The notes: generated from the sequence alone by a model not told the origin. A stretch of DNA of 64,000 bases from Octopus sinensis (GCF_006345805.1 NC_042997.1:182280001-182344000), one strand, 5' to 3'. Shown: positions 39,110 through 51,290, numbered from the stretch's first letter. Translations and numbers: made by a program.

Positions 39110-39275
39110 CAAGGGGCTAAACACAGAGGGGACAAACAAGGACAGACAAATGGATTAAGCCGATTATATCAACCCCAGTGTGTAACTGGTACTTATTTAA
39201 TCGACCCCAAAAGGATGAAAGGCAAAGTCGACCTGGCAGAATTTGAACTCACAACGTAACAGCGGACGAAATGCC
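39110..39275 (-). mobile_element. SINE (4196 family)
   Basis: ggggctaaacacagaggggacaaacaaggacagacaaa...gaaaggcaaagtcgacc. Confidence 0.85.
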
Positions 39276-39615
39276 CATGCTCTAACATACCTACCATATC
39301 CTTCTCTCAGCCACTCCATTTTCTCCCACCATCACTTGCTACAGCCATGTCTTCCCATCTCCAAACGTTTTTCCTCACACTCTTATGGAACATCACCCTC
39401 TAACTCTTCTATACTACATATACTCCCCCACCCTCACTTTCCCTGCAAAAACAAGTCTGTCTGCAGGGAAATATTTACCTTGCTTGGAAACAGGTGAATG
39501 TTGGCAACCAGAAGCACTTTCAGCCATAGAAAATTTGTCTCAGTAAACATCTGACACATGCGAGCATAGAATACTAGACATTATAAAAATTATCATATAT
39601 ATATATATATATATA

Positions 39616-40122
39616 TATATTCAACAATATAAGGAATGGCCCTAATAGGCCATTCGACTCACTAGAAAGAGCAGCCAAACTCAGACTGCTAAATAGTTGT
39701 AATTCTGAAATTGAAAGAGAAATAAAAACATTTACCCTTTTCATCTCTGGACTATGCATAGTTTCGACAAACTTTGGTAAACAAATTAATTAAATTAAAT
39801 TAAATTTATTTACAACTGGCATGTCTTGTCAGCAGAGAAGCCGAGGACAAGTATATGTCCACGAGGCGACGGCAAAGAAGCCTCCAGTCTATATGCTCTA
39901 AATTTGCAAAATCCACCGCCACCGCACGGTCTTCTCAGCAGCAAATATAAACTGGTGATTTAATTTCAAAATTAGCCAAAAAATCCTTAATTAATAAATA
40001 TAAGGGTAGCAAAAAAATTCTCCGCTACCAGCAGTCTAGTGAGAAAGAAAAGATAGTCAAAGACTATATAATATACATTCAACAATATAAGGAATAGCCC
40101 TAATAGGCCATTCGACTCACTA
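39616..40122 (-). mobile_element. Penelope/retrozyme-like element with ~47-bp terminal direct repeats, inserted in (TA)n
   Basis: ttcaacaatataaggaatRgccctaataggccattcgactcacta occurs at ~39618 and ~40077, with a hammerhead motif inside. Confidence 0.6.
39744..39838 (-). ncRNA. Type I hammerhead ribozyme with G8-to-A core mutation
   Basis: Minus: TCTCTG-CTGACAA-GAC...GTC-GAAAC-TATGCATA-GTC-CAGAGA. Stem I is 6 bp, stem III is palindromic and the triplet is GUC. Confidence 0.65.
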
Positions 40123-40153
40123 TATTATTATATATATATATATATAATATATA

Positions 40154-40218
<65 letters not shown>

Positions 40219-40259
40219 ATACACATATATATATATATATATATATACATATACATATG

Positions 40260-40556
40260 TGGAGGTGCAATGGCCCAGTGGTTAGGGCAGCGGACTCGCA
40301 ATTGTAGGATCGCGGTTTCAATTCCCAGACCGGGTGTTGTGAGCGCGTTTATTGAGCGTAAACACCTAAAGCTCCACAAGGTTCCGGCAGGGGGTGCTGT
40401 AGTCTTTCGCCACAACTTTCTCTCACTCTTTCTTCTGTTGGCCTGCTCGCTTAGCCAGCGGGGTGGCGTCATTTGAAGGCTAAAACAATGCAAAGCACAT
40501 TGTGACCAGCGATGTGTAGCAACATCTGATAGCCTGGTCGGTCATGGTGATCACAG
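40260..40556 (+). mobile_element. tRNA-derived SINE with Pol III A/B boxes
   Basis: A box TGGCCCAGTGG and B-box-like GGTTTCAATTCCC, then a non-tRNA body. Confidence 0.85.
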
Positions 40557-41144
40557 AATATATACATATATGGTGGTTGTCTATTCCTTATGCAGAGTTT
40601 GACCACCTCTTGTATTTATACCTTAGATCTATCATGGCGTCTGATGTAGATTTTTAAACTAGGCAATGTTTTGAAAAGACACCCACATAAATTGCATATC
40701 TGCTTTGGAAAACCAAGAGCTGCAGTTAAGTTCTCATCTTGTGGATCTTAAAATCTCTTTTGAGGCCTCCATTAGATTTGCAGACCTCATTGTATACATG
40801 GCATTGACATATGAATATGTGATACTAATAACCTGCTATAAGATGTGACGGACTCATAGTTGAGTGCCTGAGTAATACTTTACAGCTTCATATGGCACTC
40901 AGCTATGAGTCCACCACATCCTGTAACAGAAATAGCTGTAAGCTAATGAAGATCATAAGATAATCATTTATTCTTTTGTCATTTCTTTGCTCAATAAGAA
41001 TTTGGGTCGGTAGAGTCAAATGGCACTGAAAACAAGTTTTTTTGCATGATGTAACACTTATGTTCATCAATGAAAAACACATCTGAAACAGCTGTAGTGA
41101 ACCACAATCCATCTGCTGTTTTTCATTTATATATATATATACAC

Positions 41145-41534
41145 TTTACTCTTTTACTTGTTTCAGTCATTTGACTATGGCCATGCTGAAGCACCACCTT
41201 TAGTCAAGCAAATCGACCCCAGGACTTATTCTTTGTAAGCCTAGTACTTATTCTATCGGTCTCTTTTGCCGAACCGCTAAGTTACGGCGATGTAAACACA
41301 CCAGCATCGGTTGTCAAGTGATGTTGTGGGGGTGGGGGGGACAAACACATACGCACACACACATACATATATACGACGGGCGTTTTTCAGTTTCCATCTA
41401 CCAAATCCACTCACAAGGCTTTGGTCGGCCCGAGGCTACAGTAGAACACACTTGCCCAAAGTGCCATGCAGTAGGACTGAACCCGGAACCATGTGGTTCG
41501 TAAGCAAGCTACTTACCACACAGCCACTCCGACA

Positions 41535-41535
<1 letters not shown>
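41145..41535 (-). mobile_element. tRNA-derived SINE (cttttacttgtttcagtcatttgac family)
   Basis: Minus head ggagtggctgtgtggtaagtagcttgcttacgaaccacatggttccgggttcagtc; other copies at 46430-46825 and 58430-58730. Confidence 0.88.
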
Positions 41536-41577
<42 letters not shown>

Positions 41578-41579
41578 GG

Positions 41580-42277
41580 CTGATGCCAGTGTCATGTAAC
41601 TGGAAACCATGCTGGTGACACATAAAAAGCACCTTTCGAGTGTTGTGCCTCACGGAGGCAATGTGGCCAATGCTGGTGTCACATAACTAGCACCTGTGCC
41701 AGTGGCACATTAAAGGCACCTTTCAAACATTGGGCCTCACAGAGGCAATGACAAATGACCAAGACCCTTAGTAATATGCCATGCTTGAGTAGAAGACCCG
41801 TCAAGCCAAATAAAATCATAGTCATGGAAGATACTGGTGTCACGCACCTGGCACTTGTGTCAGTGGCACATAAAAGCAACCATTACACTCTCAGAGTGGT
41901 TGGTGTTAGGAAGGGCATCCAGTTGTATAAACCATGCCAAATCAGACTGGAGTCTGGTGCAGCCCCTCAGCTTGCCAGCCCTGGTCAAACCGTCCAACCC
42001 ATGCCACCACGGACAGACGTTAAATGATGATGAAGATATATATAAATATATATAATCAAAATAAAAATCAAATGGAAATTGTAGTTGTGATACCCGTGTC
42101 GGTGGCACGTAAAAAGCACCCACTACACACACACAGTGGTTGGCGTTAGGAAGGACATCCAGCTGTAGAAACACTGCCAGATCAGACTGGAGCCTGATGC
42201 AGCCTCCTGGCTTCCCAGACCCCAGCCGAACCGTCCAACCCATGCTAGCATGGAAAACGAACATTAAACGATGATGA

Positions 42278-42280
<3 letters not shown>
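41580..42280 (+). mobile_element. Two RTE 3'-tail repeats (41580-42035 and 42085-42280)
   Basis: Both end with ...acgttaaatgatgatga / acattaaacgatgatgatga. Confidence 0.8.
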
Positions 42281-42349
<69 letters not shown>

Positions 42350-43679
42350 ACTCATAAGAGAGTAGATGTTTATTCCATTCATTTCCATTTACAGTTGTTT
42401 CATAATCTAGTTAGTTATATAATAGATGTCACATCAACATTAATCGTCATTTAAAATATCCGCATGAGCAACAACGCAACTTTCCATGAGCACATTACTC
42501 AGGTGGCAACACTATGCAGGCAGGTGGCAGGACCAGGGACAGAGACATAAGACTTCTGCTTTAGAGAACTTTTGTCTTCAGTCATCTGGACTACTGCTCC
42601 CAACTGTGGTCTCCACAGAGCGTAAAATTTGTAAGAACGACTGTGCACAGGAGAGGTGACTTATGAATGACTCCTTTAAAACACCGCATGGTCGCTTACA
42701 ATAATTACGAAACAAATAACTGAGTATGAGTGCCAGAAGGAAAAGAAAGACACAACCGATAGAAGGTTTAAGAGAAGATTTTATTTAGGTGTTAACGTGT
42801 GTCTGTCTGTGTGTGCGTCATATGTACATATATAAATAATAACAATAGACAGGCCATCATGTATACATAATGTGTATGTGTGTACAAACAAGGGTGTATG
42901 CATGTGAGATAAAATACAGAGCATGGAAAGAGTCTATAACGGGTTATTTATCTTCCTTGGGTCTGAACATTCTAATACCAGTTTGTAGTAAGGTACACAA
43001 TAGTTGAAGTGCTGTAATAAGAAGTTGTGGCGAAGGAGCAGAGCCGGTTGAAGCACATTTCATGTAAGAAGTTGTGGCTACTATGCCGCTGCCAGTCAGG
43101 TTGTATTTGCTGTTAACCTTGGTGAAGTAATTCACAAAGAGTGAGGAGATAGAACCTGGTGACGGTTCCTGTGTATGTAGTGATGTGGTTGGCGACATTA
43201 AGAAGACAGAGGTGACGGAGATGGAGGTCCTGTATGCTGCTGGACGAAGTGTTGATGTTTCTCCATGTGGGCTGTTGTTATCTATTGTCACTGGAACTGG
43301 ATGTGTGCTCTGTGGTCAGTGGTTAGACCTTTGAAGGTCTAGAACCAAAAGATGAAATATTGTGTTGTAACTAGCTTTTTATAGTGAACTATAGGCTCAC
43401 CAGAATGTTTGGAAGAGACTGTGTCACAGGACCTTATCAGAAAGTTGCGATTGGTTGGGTTGCATATTGGCGCACAATAGAGCAAGAGACAAATTGCATC
43501 AATACCAACCAATCAGAGTAGTGGACACAACAGGGTCCAAGCGGCCGAAGGCTAGCTGTTATCTGCTACGTCTGTGCTTATGTATATATAACAGAGAGAG
43601 AGAATTTCACTAAGCATCCGCTACAAACTAATTACGGAACTAGAGGTAATCAACGCCACTACACAAAGAAGATAGACTC

Positions 43680-44040
43680 AGTAAAACAGATGGGCTACTG
43701 AGAGAGGTTAAAGGAACTGGGACTCTATTCCCTGGAGAGGAGACGTGAGAGATATGCAGTGCTATATATATGGAAAATAATGGTGGATCTAGCTCCAAAT
43801 TTTGGAATCAAAATCTACAACAATCCCTGAATTGAGCAGCACTGAACAGTAACAAAGGTCCCATCTTCTCCATTGAGGATACAAACCTAATATTGTAATA
43901 GCTTGAGATTCAAGGGACCACAACTTTTTAATGCCTGACCCACAGTACATCAGGGATCGGTGAGGTGTAGATATGGATATCTTCAAAAAGGTCTAGACAG
44001 TTTTTTATCTGCAATTCCCGATGAACCCTAATCGTGGCAG
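43680..44040 (+). mobile_element. CR1/L2-clade LINE 3' ORF2 remnant
   Basis: Y*ERLKELGLYSLERRRERYAVLYIWKIMVDLAPNFGI..., ending near DSFLSAIPDEP. Confidence 0.75.
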
Positions 44041-44174
44041 GAAGCACAAAGAAGAGCAGCAATACTGGAAAAATCCCTGGATGCAGTAAAGGTGGTGCAC
44101 CAGCATGGCCTCAGCCTCTGGCTGAAACCCATAAAGATAAAAGATGTATGTGTGTGTGTGTGTGTATACCCATA

Positions 44175-44830
44175 TATATATACCACTTTTTTCATCCTTT
44201 GTACGGCCACACCTTGAATACTGCTGCCCACTGTGGTCTCCTCACACAAGACAAAACATCTCCAGAATTGAGTCACCCCAGAGGGCTCTCACTAAACAAA
44301 TTGAAGGCATGGCTGCTCTCGACTATTGGGATCGCCTTAAAGCCTTGAAACTTTACTCCCTCCAGCGTCGCCGTGAGCGGTACATCATTTGTACGATGTG
44401 GAAAATATACCGCCAACTTTGCCCAAACGACCTAAACATTAGCTTCAAGGTTCATCCGAGACTTGGACCACGGGCTATACGTCCCCTGCCAAATTCAAGA
44501 TCACAACATACATGTACACTGCAACATAATTTCTTTTCCTCAACAGGCCCTGCCCTATTTAACATTGTCCCGAGGGAGATCAAAGAGGAAAAGGATCCCA
44601 TCAACTTCAAACAGAGTCTGGATAGATTCCTTCAAAGAATACCAGACAAGCCACCCATAATTGGATACAACTCACCCAACAAGAACTCACTACTTGAACA
44701 AAACTGGATACAACTCACCCAACAAGAACTCACTACTTGAACAAAACTTGACTTAAACAGGATTCGAATAATCCTATCAGGTGGTGCTATTAAGTTAGAC
44801 ATGGCCTGGACCAATCTCTGGTCGAAACAT
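44175..44830 (+). mobile_element. CR1-clade LINE 3' end (RT C-terminus and 3'UTR), 5'-truncated
   Basis: ORF 44144-44740: VRPHLEYCCPLWSPH...YWDRLKALKLYSLQRRRERY...FKQSLDRFLQRIPDKP. It includes a 41-bp tandem duplication at ~44670-44750. Confidence 0.9.
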
Positions 44831-45259
44831 ATCTAAGTCTAAGTTTTATATAAGGTTGCTGAGAAAGGTCTGACCAAGAAGTTTTCTGTCATTTAAGGCT
44901 ACATCGTTGAATTCCATGTATGATCCATCCAATGGGCTTCCACACAATTTCCCAATTTCATCAAAAGTCTTTCATCAACACAAGACATTTTCACAACATG
45001 TCATGAATTTACAGTGCAACATTCTTAACAACTTTACCATTCAATATCATACTGCACAGACACAGACAGACACACACACATACAGGTATATACATACAAT
45101 TTTCACTGCATGACACTTCTTTCAGCTGTAGACTAGAGATCACAAATATTTCAGCACTTTCCATGAGCAACTAAATAAATTAATTAATTAATAATTTAAT
45201 TTAATGTATATAGATTAAATTATAGTATTTAGTTTTCACTTAATGTATATTTTGTATTT

Positions 45260-45295
<36 letters not shown>

Positions 45296-45452
45296 ATATT
45301 TGTTTTAAATATTTTAATTAATTGTATCCTATTTTTTATTCTATTTTTTTATTTACACAAGAATATATTTGTTAAGATATTTCATATTTTACAAGATTAT
45401 TTACGTATATTTATTAATTTATCTAATTAATTATTTTATTGTTTTTATCTTC

Positions 45453-45545
45453 AACCTGAAGAGTGGCTATATTTATATTGAAGTGATTTTACTATTATTA
45501 TTACTATTATAATTTCTTAAATATAGCCCCGAAACACGTGTCGTT
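45453..45545 (+). ncRNA. Type I hammerhead ribozyme, copy 1
   Basis: AAC-CTGAAGA(45456-62)-G.GGCTATATTT...AAATATAGCC.C-GAAAC-ACGT-GTC(45540-42)-GTT; all conserved core nucleotides are present. Confidence 0.75.
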
Positions 45546-45701
45546 ATTCTACTAAATATATACGTTTTATTTACTATTTTGCACATTACTTAATCATCGT
45601 TATATTTAATCTTTCTATAATATGTAATTTTTCTAAATGGTATAATTTGATTTTTCATTAACGAATTGATAAAAGGTGATTTTTTTTTCTAATTTATATA
45701 T

Positions 45702-45743
<42 letters not shown>

Positions 45744-45890
45744 TTAAATATTTTAATTAATTGTATCCTATTTTTTATTCTATTTTTTATTTACACAAGA
45801 ATATATTTGTTAAGATATTTCATATTTTACAAGATTATTTACGTATATTTATTAATTTATCTAATTAATTATTTTATTGTTTTTATCTTC

Positions 45891-45983
45891 AACCTGAAGA
45901 GTGGCTATATTTACATTGAAGTGATTTTCCTATTATTATTACTATTATAATTTCTTAAATATAGCCCCGAAACACGTGTCGTT
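45891..45983 (+). ncRNA. Type I hammerhead ribozyme, copy 2
   Basis: Same architecture: CTGAAGA 45894-900, GAAAC 45969-73, GTC 45978-80. Confidence 0.75.
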
Positions 45984-46255
45984 ATTCTACTAAATATATA
46001 CGTTTTATTTACTATTTTGCACATTACTTAATCATCGTTATATTTAATCTTTCTATAATATGTAATTTTTCTAAATGGTATAATTTGATTTTTCATTAAC
46101 GAATTGATAAAAGGTGATTTTTTTTTCTAATTTATATATATATATATTATATATATATATATAATATATATATATATTATTATATTTTGTGAAATTTGAT
46201 TTAGTATTTCTAAATTGAATTTTTCCCTGTGAGTTTGGAATAATGTTCCCTCATA

Positions 46256-46286
<31 letters not shown>

Positions 46287-46294
46287 TAATAAAT

Positions 46295-46334
46295 ATAGAT
46301 AGATAGACAGACAGACAGATAGATAGATAGATAC

Positions 46335-46375
<41 letters not shown>

Positions 46376-46381
46376 AGATAA
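46295..46381. repeat. (GATA)n/(GACA)n microsatellite
   Basis: Direct tandem tetranucleotide repeats. Confidence 0.95.
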
Positions 46382-46429
46382 AGGTAAGATCCAAGGATCA
46401 AGGTGCAAGGAAGAAAGTGAACTTCAAAC

Positions 46430-46825
46430 TAGTCTTTTATTCTTTTATTTGTTTCAGTCATTTGACTGTGGCCATGCTGGAGTACTGCTTTCAATAATTT
46501 TAATCAAACAAATCAACCCCAGGACTTATCTTTTTTAAGCTTAGTACTTATTCTATTGATATCTTTCACCAAAATGCTAAGTTAGAAGGACATAAGCACA
46601 CCAACACCAGTGGTAATAGGGGGAACAAACACAGACACAAAAATATACACACATAGCTACATACATATATACACAATAGGTTTCTTTCTGCTTCCATCTA
46701 CCAAATCTACTCACAAGGCTTTGGTTGGCCCGAGGCTATAGTAGAAGACACTTGTCCAAGGCACCACACAATGGGACTGAACCTGAAACCATGTGGTTGG
46801 GAAACAAGCTTCTTACCACACAGAA
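46430..46825 (-). mobile_element. tRNA-derived SINE (41145 family), decayed
   Basis: ttgtttcagtcatttgactgtggccatgctggag...ttaccacacag. Confidence 0.8.
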
Positions 46826-47189
46826 AATATTTAAAAAAAAACAAATTTCAGGAGTAGTGGTTTGTTGATGTGGAAGGTGGGAAAAATTTTCCAGTATCAA
46901 AGTATGATAAGATGAAAATATATTTTATAGTTCACAGTTGGCAACCAGGGTTACTGGATTTGCAAATAAAAGTCCAAATACTCCATTCCTTAACCTTTGG
47001 ATATATATATATATATATATATATATCCGTAAATATAAGAGAGTTAACTTTACATAGGTTAACTTTAGTGCTAGAAATAGCTCCTCTGGTATAATCGCCG
47101 ACGATAGCTCCACATAGAAATAGCAATACTCTCAACTTAAGGAAAGTGAAATACAACTAAAAAATTGATTAATGTTGTACAATTGTTTT

Positions 47190-47535
47190 GGCCGTAGCCA
47201 GTAACGCATCAACTGGCCTCCGTGCTGTGGGCACGTAACAAACACCATCCGATCGTGGCCGTTCACCAGCCTCATCTGGCACCCGTGTCGGTGGCACATA
47301 AAAAACACCATCCGAGCATGGCCGTTCGCCAGCCTCGTCTGGCACCCGTGTCGGTGGCACATAAAAAACACCCACTACACTCACGGAGTGGTTGGCGTTA
47401 GGAAGGGCATCCAGCTGTAGAAACACTGCCAGATCTGACTGGCCTGGTGCAGCCTTCAGGCTTCCCAGACCCCAGTTGAACCGTCCAACCCATGCTAGCA
47501 TGGAAAGCGGATGTTAAACGATGATGATGATGATG
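47190..47535 (+). mobile_element. RTE 3'-tail repeat with internal subrepeats
   Basis: Same family as 18672; ends gcggatgttaaacgatgatgatgatgatgat. Confidence 0.88.
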
Positions 47536-47722
47536 ATATATATATATTTATATATATACATTTCCATACATACATACATATATGAATGCATGTCTAAGTA
47601 TGTATGTATGTATGTATATGTGTGTGTGTGTGTGTGTATGTATATGTATGTAGATATGTTGGATAGATAGAACACAAAACATGAGTCTATATAATTCTTT
47701 TCTTACGATGTCAGCAGAATAA

Positions 47723-47781
<59 letters not shown>

Positions 47782-47864
47782 GGTTTGGAGGTGATGTACA
47801 GGTATTTTATATTAGAAGAAATGAGGTACTCCGAATTTCTGAGTACCTCATTTCTTCTAATATA

Positions 47865-48227
47865 TCTTTATATATAAAAGAGAAGTTGTGTGTCTGTCTC
47901 CTACGATTTAGATTTCTAACTACTCCCACATTTTGCGGTGCAGTGTAACCAAAACCGGGTATGTTATAGTCGTGATTCATATCGAGCCCTTCTACAATGA
48001 GTCAACGATTTAAAAAATAATTTACCATCATTTTTTCCATTTTAATGCATTTTTTCGCTAAGGGAAGTAACTCTCTAAAAATGTCTACGATGAATCAACG
48101 ATTTTAAAAAAAAATTTGCCATCATTTTTTTCCCCATTTTTTTGCTATTTTTTGGCTATAACTCTCTAAAAATGCTTATATAGTTATTTCCCTTACAAAC
48201 CCGATCAACGCCGGGCGATACTGCTAG
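47865..48227 (+). mobile_element. Non-autonomous Helitron
   Basis: A|TC 5' end (tctttatatataaaag), 3' subterminal hairpin cccg...cggg, CTAG|T 3' end, no TSD. Confidence 0.8.
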
Positions 48228-48764
48228 TATATATATATTATCTTTTTTTCATTTTCATTCAACCCTTTGAGCCACTTTGCAACATCTGCTGATTAGTAAC
48301 TAAAAATAAAAATGTGTGGGTGTGTGTGTAAATCAAAAACGTTAAGTATTATGAATCCCTTTCAGCCCGACGTTACCAATCGGTTTCGCACTGGGTGTTA
48401 AGATTACTGAATATTAAATAACAGCGCGGTTAACTGACACACGCGCGCGCATACATTATCAGTGTACGTTCACAAAAAGATCCTGTGATTCAACAACGAA
48501 TACAGTTACCACGCAATGGGGAACAATAAGGGGAGATAATTTCACTACGTCATTGCCAGAGTTATGTCCCTTATACCATATTTTCTTATTTTCACATACA
48601 CACACGCAAAGTGATAGACACGAACTACCAGCAAACGCTTAGAATACATGTAAATTTTCACCCAATCCATATAGAACTCGGCAGTGACTATCTACAAAGC
48701 AAGTAAACATGTAAGAAAATGTTAACTGATCATATCATTCGTTAATGTTGTCAAACATTAACGC

Positions 48765-49032
48765 TAGGAGTTGCTGAAGTATGGAACAGCCTGCCGGCAT
48801 CAGTTGTTAGCTGCCGGAGCACTGCATCCTTCAAAACTTCCATACTTCCTGAGATTCACCAACACTACACCTGATTTTCTCCCCTCCATACACACGCAAG
48901 CATGTATCTGACTCATACACTGTTCGCTTTCCAGACATTTGTACATTACTGCATATACTTTATATGCACTTTTGACAAGTTGTGGTGCACCTGAGCACTG
49001 TATACAATAATTTCATTATTATTATTATTATT
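48765..49032 (+). mobile_element. CR1-like LINE 3' end
   Basis: GVAEVWNSLPASVVSCRSTASFKTSI, then 3'UTR ending ctgagcactgtatacaataatttc(att)n; short relics of this tail occur at ~1434 and ~34590. Confidence 0.75.
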
Positions 49033-49037
49033 TAAAA

Positions 49038-49434
49038 CTAGCAGTATCGCCCGGCGTTGCTCGGGTTTGTAAATGAAATAACTATATAAGCATTTTTAGA
49101 GATGTAAAGTATAATAGCCATCTCAATATGGCTAACCACAAAGGGGGGGTGTTACTGTAGCTTTTTACGTTCTGAGATTTAATAATAAATTTTTAGAGAG
49201 TTACTTCCCTTATATATGCCAAAAATGCATTAAGAATTGGAAAAATTGATGGTAAACTTTTTTTTTTAATCGTAGACTCATCGCAGACGCGCGCTAATAC
49301 CCAGAAGGGCTCGATATGAATAACGACTATAGGATACCCGAATTTGGTTAAACTGCACCGCAAAATGTGGGAGTAGTTAGGAATCTAAATCGTAGGAGAC
49401 AGACAGCACACAACATCACTTTTATATATAAAGA
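49038..49434 (-). mobile_element. Non-autonomous Helitron, copy 2
   Basis: Reverse complement of the 47865 element: ctagcagtatcgcccggcgttgctcggg ... tttatatataaaga. Confidence 0.82.
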
Positions 49435-49940
49435 CTAGCAGTATCGCCCGGCGTTGCTCGGGTTTGTAAGGGAAATAACTATATAAGCATTTTTAGAGAG
49501 TTACTTCCCTTATAAATTCGGGCTTTCTTAGCCATTTTTGTTTTGGTGTCTTCAAGCCATGAAGTCGTTGTTCTAAAAGAACGCTGGTCTCCTTCACAAC
49601 GCATTACGACGTTGATTTTTTTACACTCCCTTCCCCACAGCTTCACGAGGGAGGGAAGGGGGAGAAGCAAACAGGTGCAGCTGTGAGCGTGGACGCCAAC
49701 TCCGCCGCCATCGACACACGATGCATTTTATGCATTAAAATGGAATAAAAAATGATGTTAAATTATTTTTAAAATCGTAGACTCATCGTTGACGCGCGCT
49801 AATAGTCAGACGGGCTCGATATTAATCACGACTATAAGATACCCGAATTTGGTTAAACTGCACCGCAAAATGTGGGAGGAGTTAGGAATGTAAATCGAAG
49901 GGGACAGACACTCACACAACTAGAGTTTTATATATATAGA
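49435..49940 (-). mobile_element. Non-autonomous Helitron, copy 3 (longer), directly abutting copy 2
   Basis: Same termini, plus an extra ~210-bp GC-rich internal segment (~49515-49725). Confidence 0.82.
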
Positions 49941-51084
49941 TATGAAAGACATTACTAATCTTTTTTATTCTGAAGTTTGCCTAGACAATACAATATAAAG
50001 CTACAATTAATTTAATTCTTCGCAGTCAGCTTAATCCTACTTAAATAAGTAGATTCTAGTTATCACTTCCTTCGTTCCATAAAGGAAAACAGCTGCAGTT
50101 TCTCCGATATGGAGTCTAATCCAGTCATGGACAAACAGCGGGACTTTCTGAATGAGTCTCCTAACCAAAAATTACTTTGACTTTTTTTAGTAGTGAGGCC
50201 CATCTAATGATGAGTCATGTGGCCTGATTATAGATAAAAGCTGACTTGCTAAAATTAGCAGCCAAACTCCCTCCCCGCCTCATACTACATTTCACTATCT
50301 TTACAGAAGTAAGCACATGGCATAGTGAATATTTTCGTGCTAGACAGCAGAACTGAAAGGAAAACAACTACAGGAAGGTCAGAACGAAGCAGATGGCTTT
50401 TGGTTTCGCCCCGCTTACACACCAACGCCCCCTTGTGATAATGCCAAGGGGGCATAATCACTCAGATTAAGAACTAAATGAATGACTCGATTAAAGGGAG
50501 ATAATTCATTAAATATTATGTGAATTGTTTTGAATATAGAAATTTCAAAATCATTTCAGTTTTCTTCGCCCCCTTACTATGGTCACCAAATTTCAACATT
50601 TTGTATTCAACCTAATATATCAGCTGTTTATATTTAATTATTATTATTATTATTTATAAATCTTATCTTAAAAGAAAGCAACGTTTATAATCGGGGAAGC
50701 AAAGAGAGATGCAGCACGGAGTTTTGTCAGTGAACAGGCCACCGTCTCAAAGCGACGAAAATATTTTGACAAATTAAATTTAAATGTTGAAGTGAATCTA
50801 ACGGTTTTTGTGTTTCTTAAATGGCTTATAAACACTTTCCACGCTGCAATTGTTTTCGTTCCAGCATACAATCTCAGATCAAGTCACTTGCAAGTACATC
50901 TCCGTAAGAAAAAAAAAATAGAGAGAGGTTTTATGCGCTTGATCGACCTGCAAAAAAATTAATCAAATCCCCCCCCCCAAAAAAATAATAAATAGACACT
51001 TTCAACTAATCTTCGCAGGATAAGTTTAAAATAGGGCTAAACAATATATGGAAAGCCATAGTGGAATGATAAAATTTAATGCAA

Positions 51085-51290
51085 AGGGGCTAAACACAGA
51101 GGGGACAAACAAGGACAGACAAACGGATTAAGTCGATTATATCGACCCCAGTGCGTAACGGGTAATTATTTAATCGACCCCGAAAGGATGAAAGGTAAAG
51201 TCGACCTTGGCGGGATTTGAACTCAGAACGTAACGGCAGACTAAATACCGCTAAGCATTTCGCTCGGCGTGCAAACGTTTCTGTATATCT
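51085..51290 (-). mobile_element. SINE (4196 family), CpG-rich copy
   Basis: gtcgattatatcgaccccagtgcgtaacgg...gtcgaccttggcgggatttgaactcagaacgtaacgg. Confidence 0.88.

Larger units (their letters stand above)
45296..46135 (+). repeat. Head-to-tail tandem duplication of a ~438-bp AT-rich unit, each copy with a hammerhead, separated and flanked by (TA)n
   Basis: ~45296-45693 and ~45735-46131 are almost identical; two substitutions are visible inside stem II. Confidence 0.92.

Noticed and set aside
40260-40335. tRNA-like sequence
   Set aside because: It lacks a complete cloverleaf and acceptor stem and continues into a SINE body, so it is not a tRNA gene.
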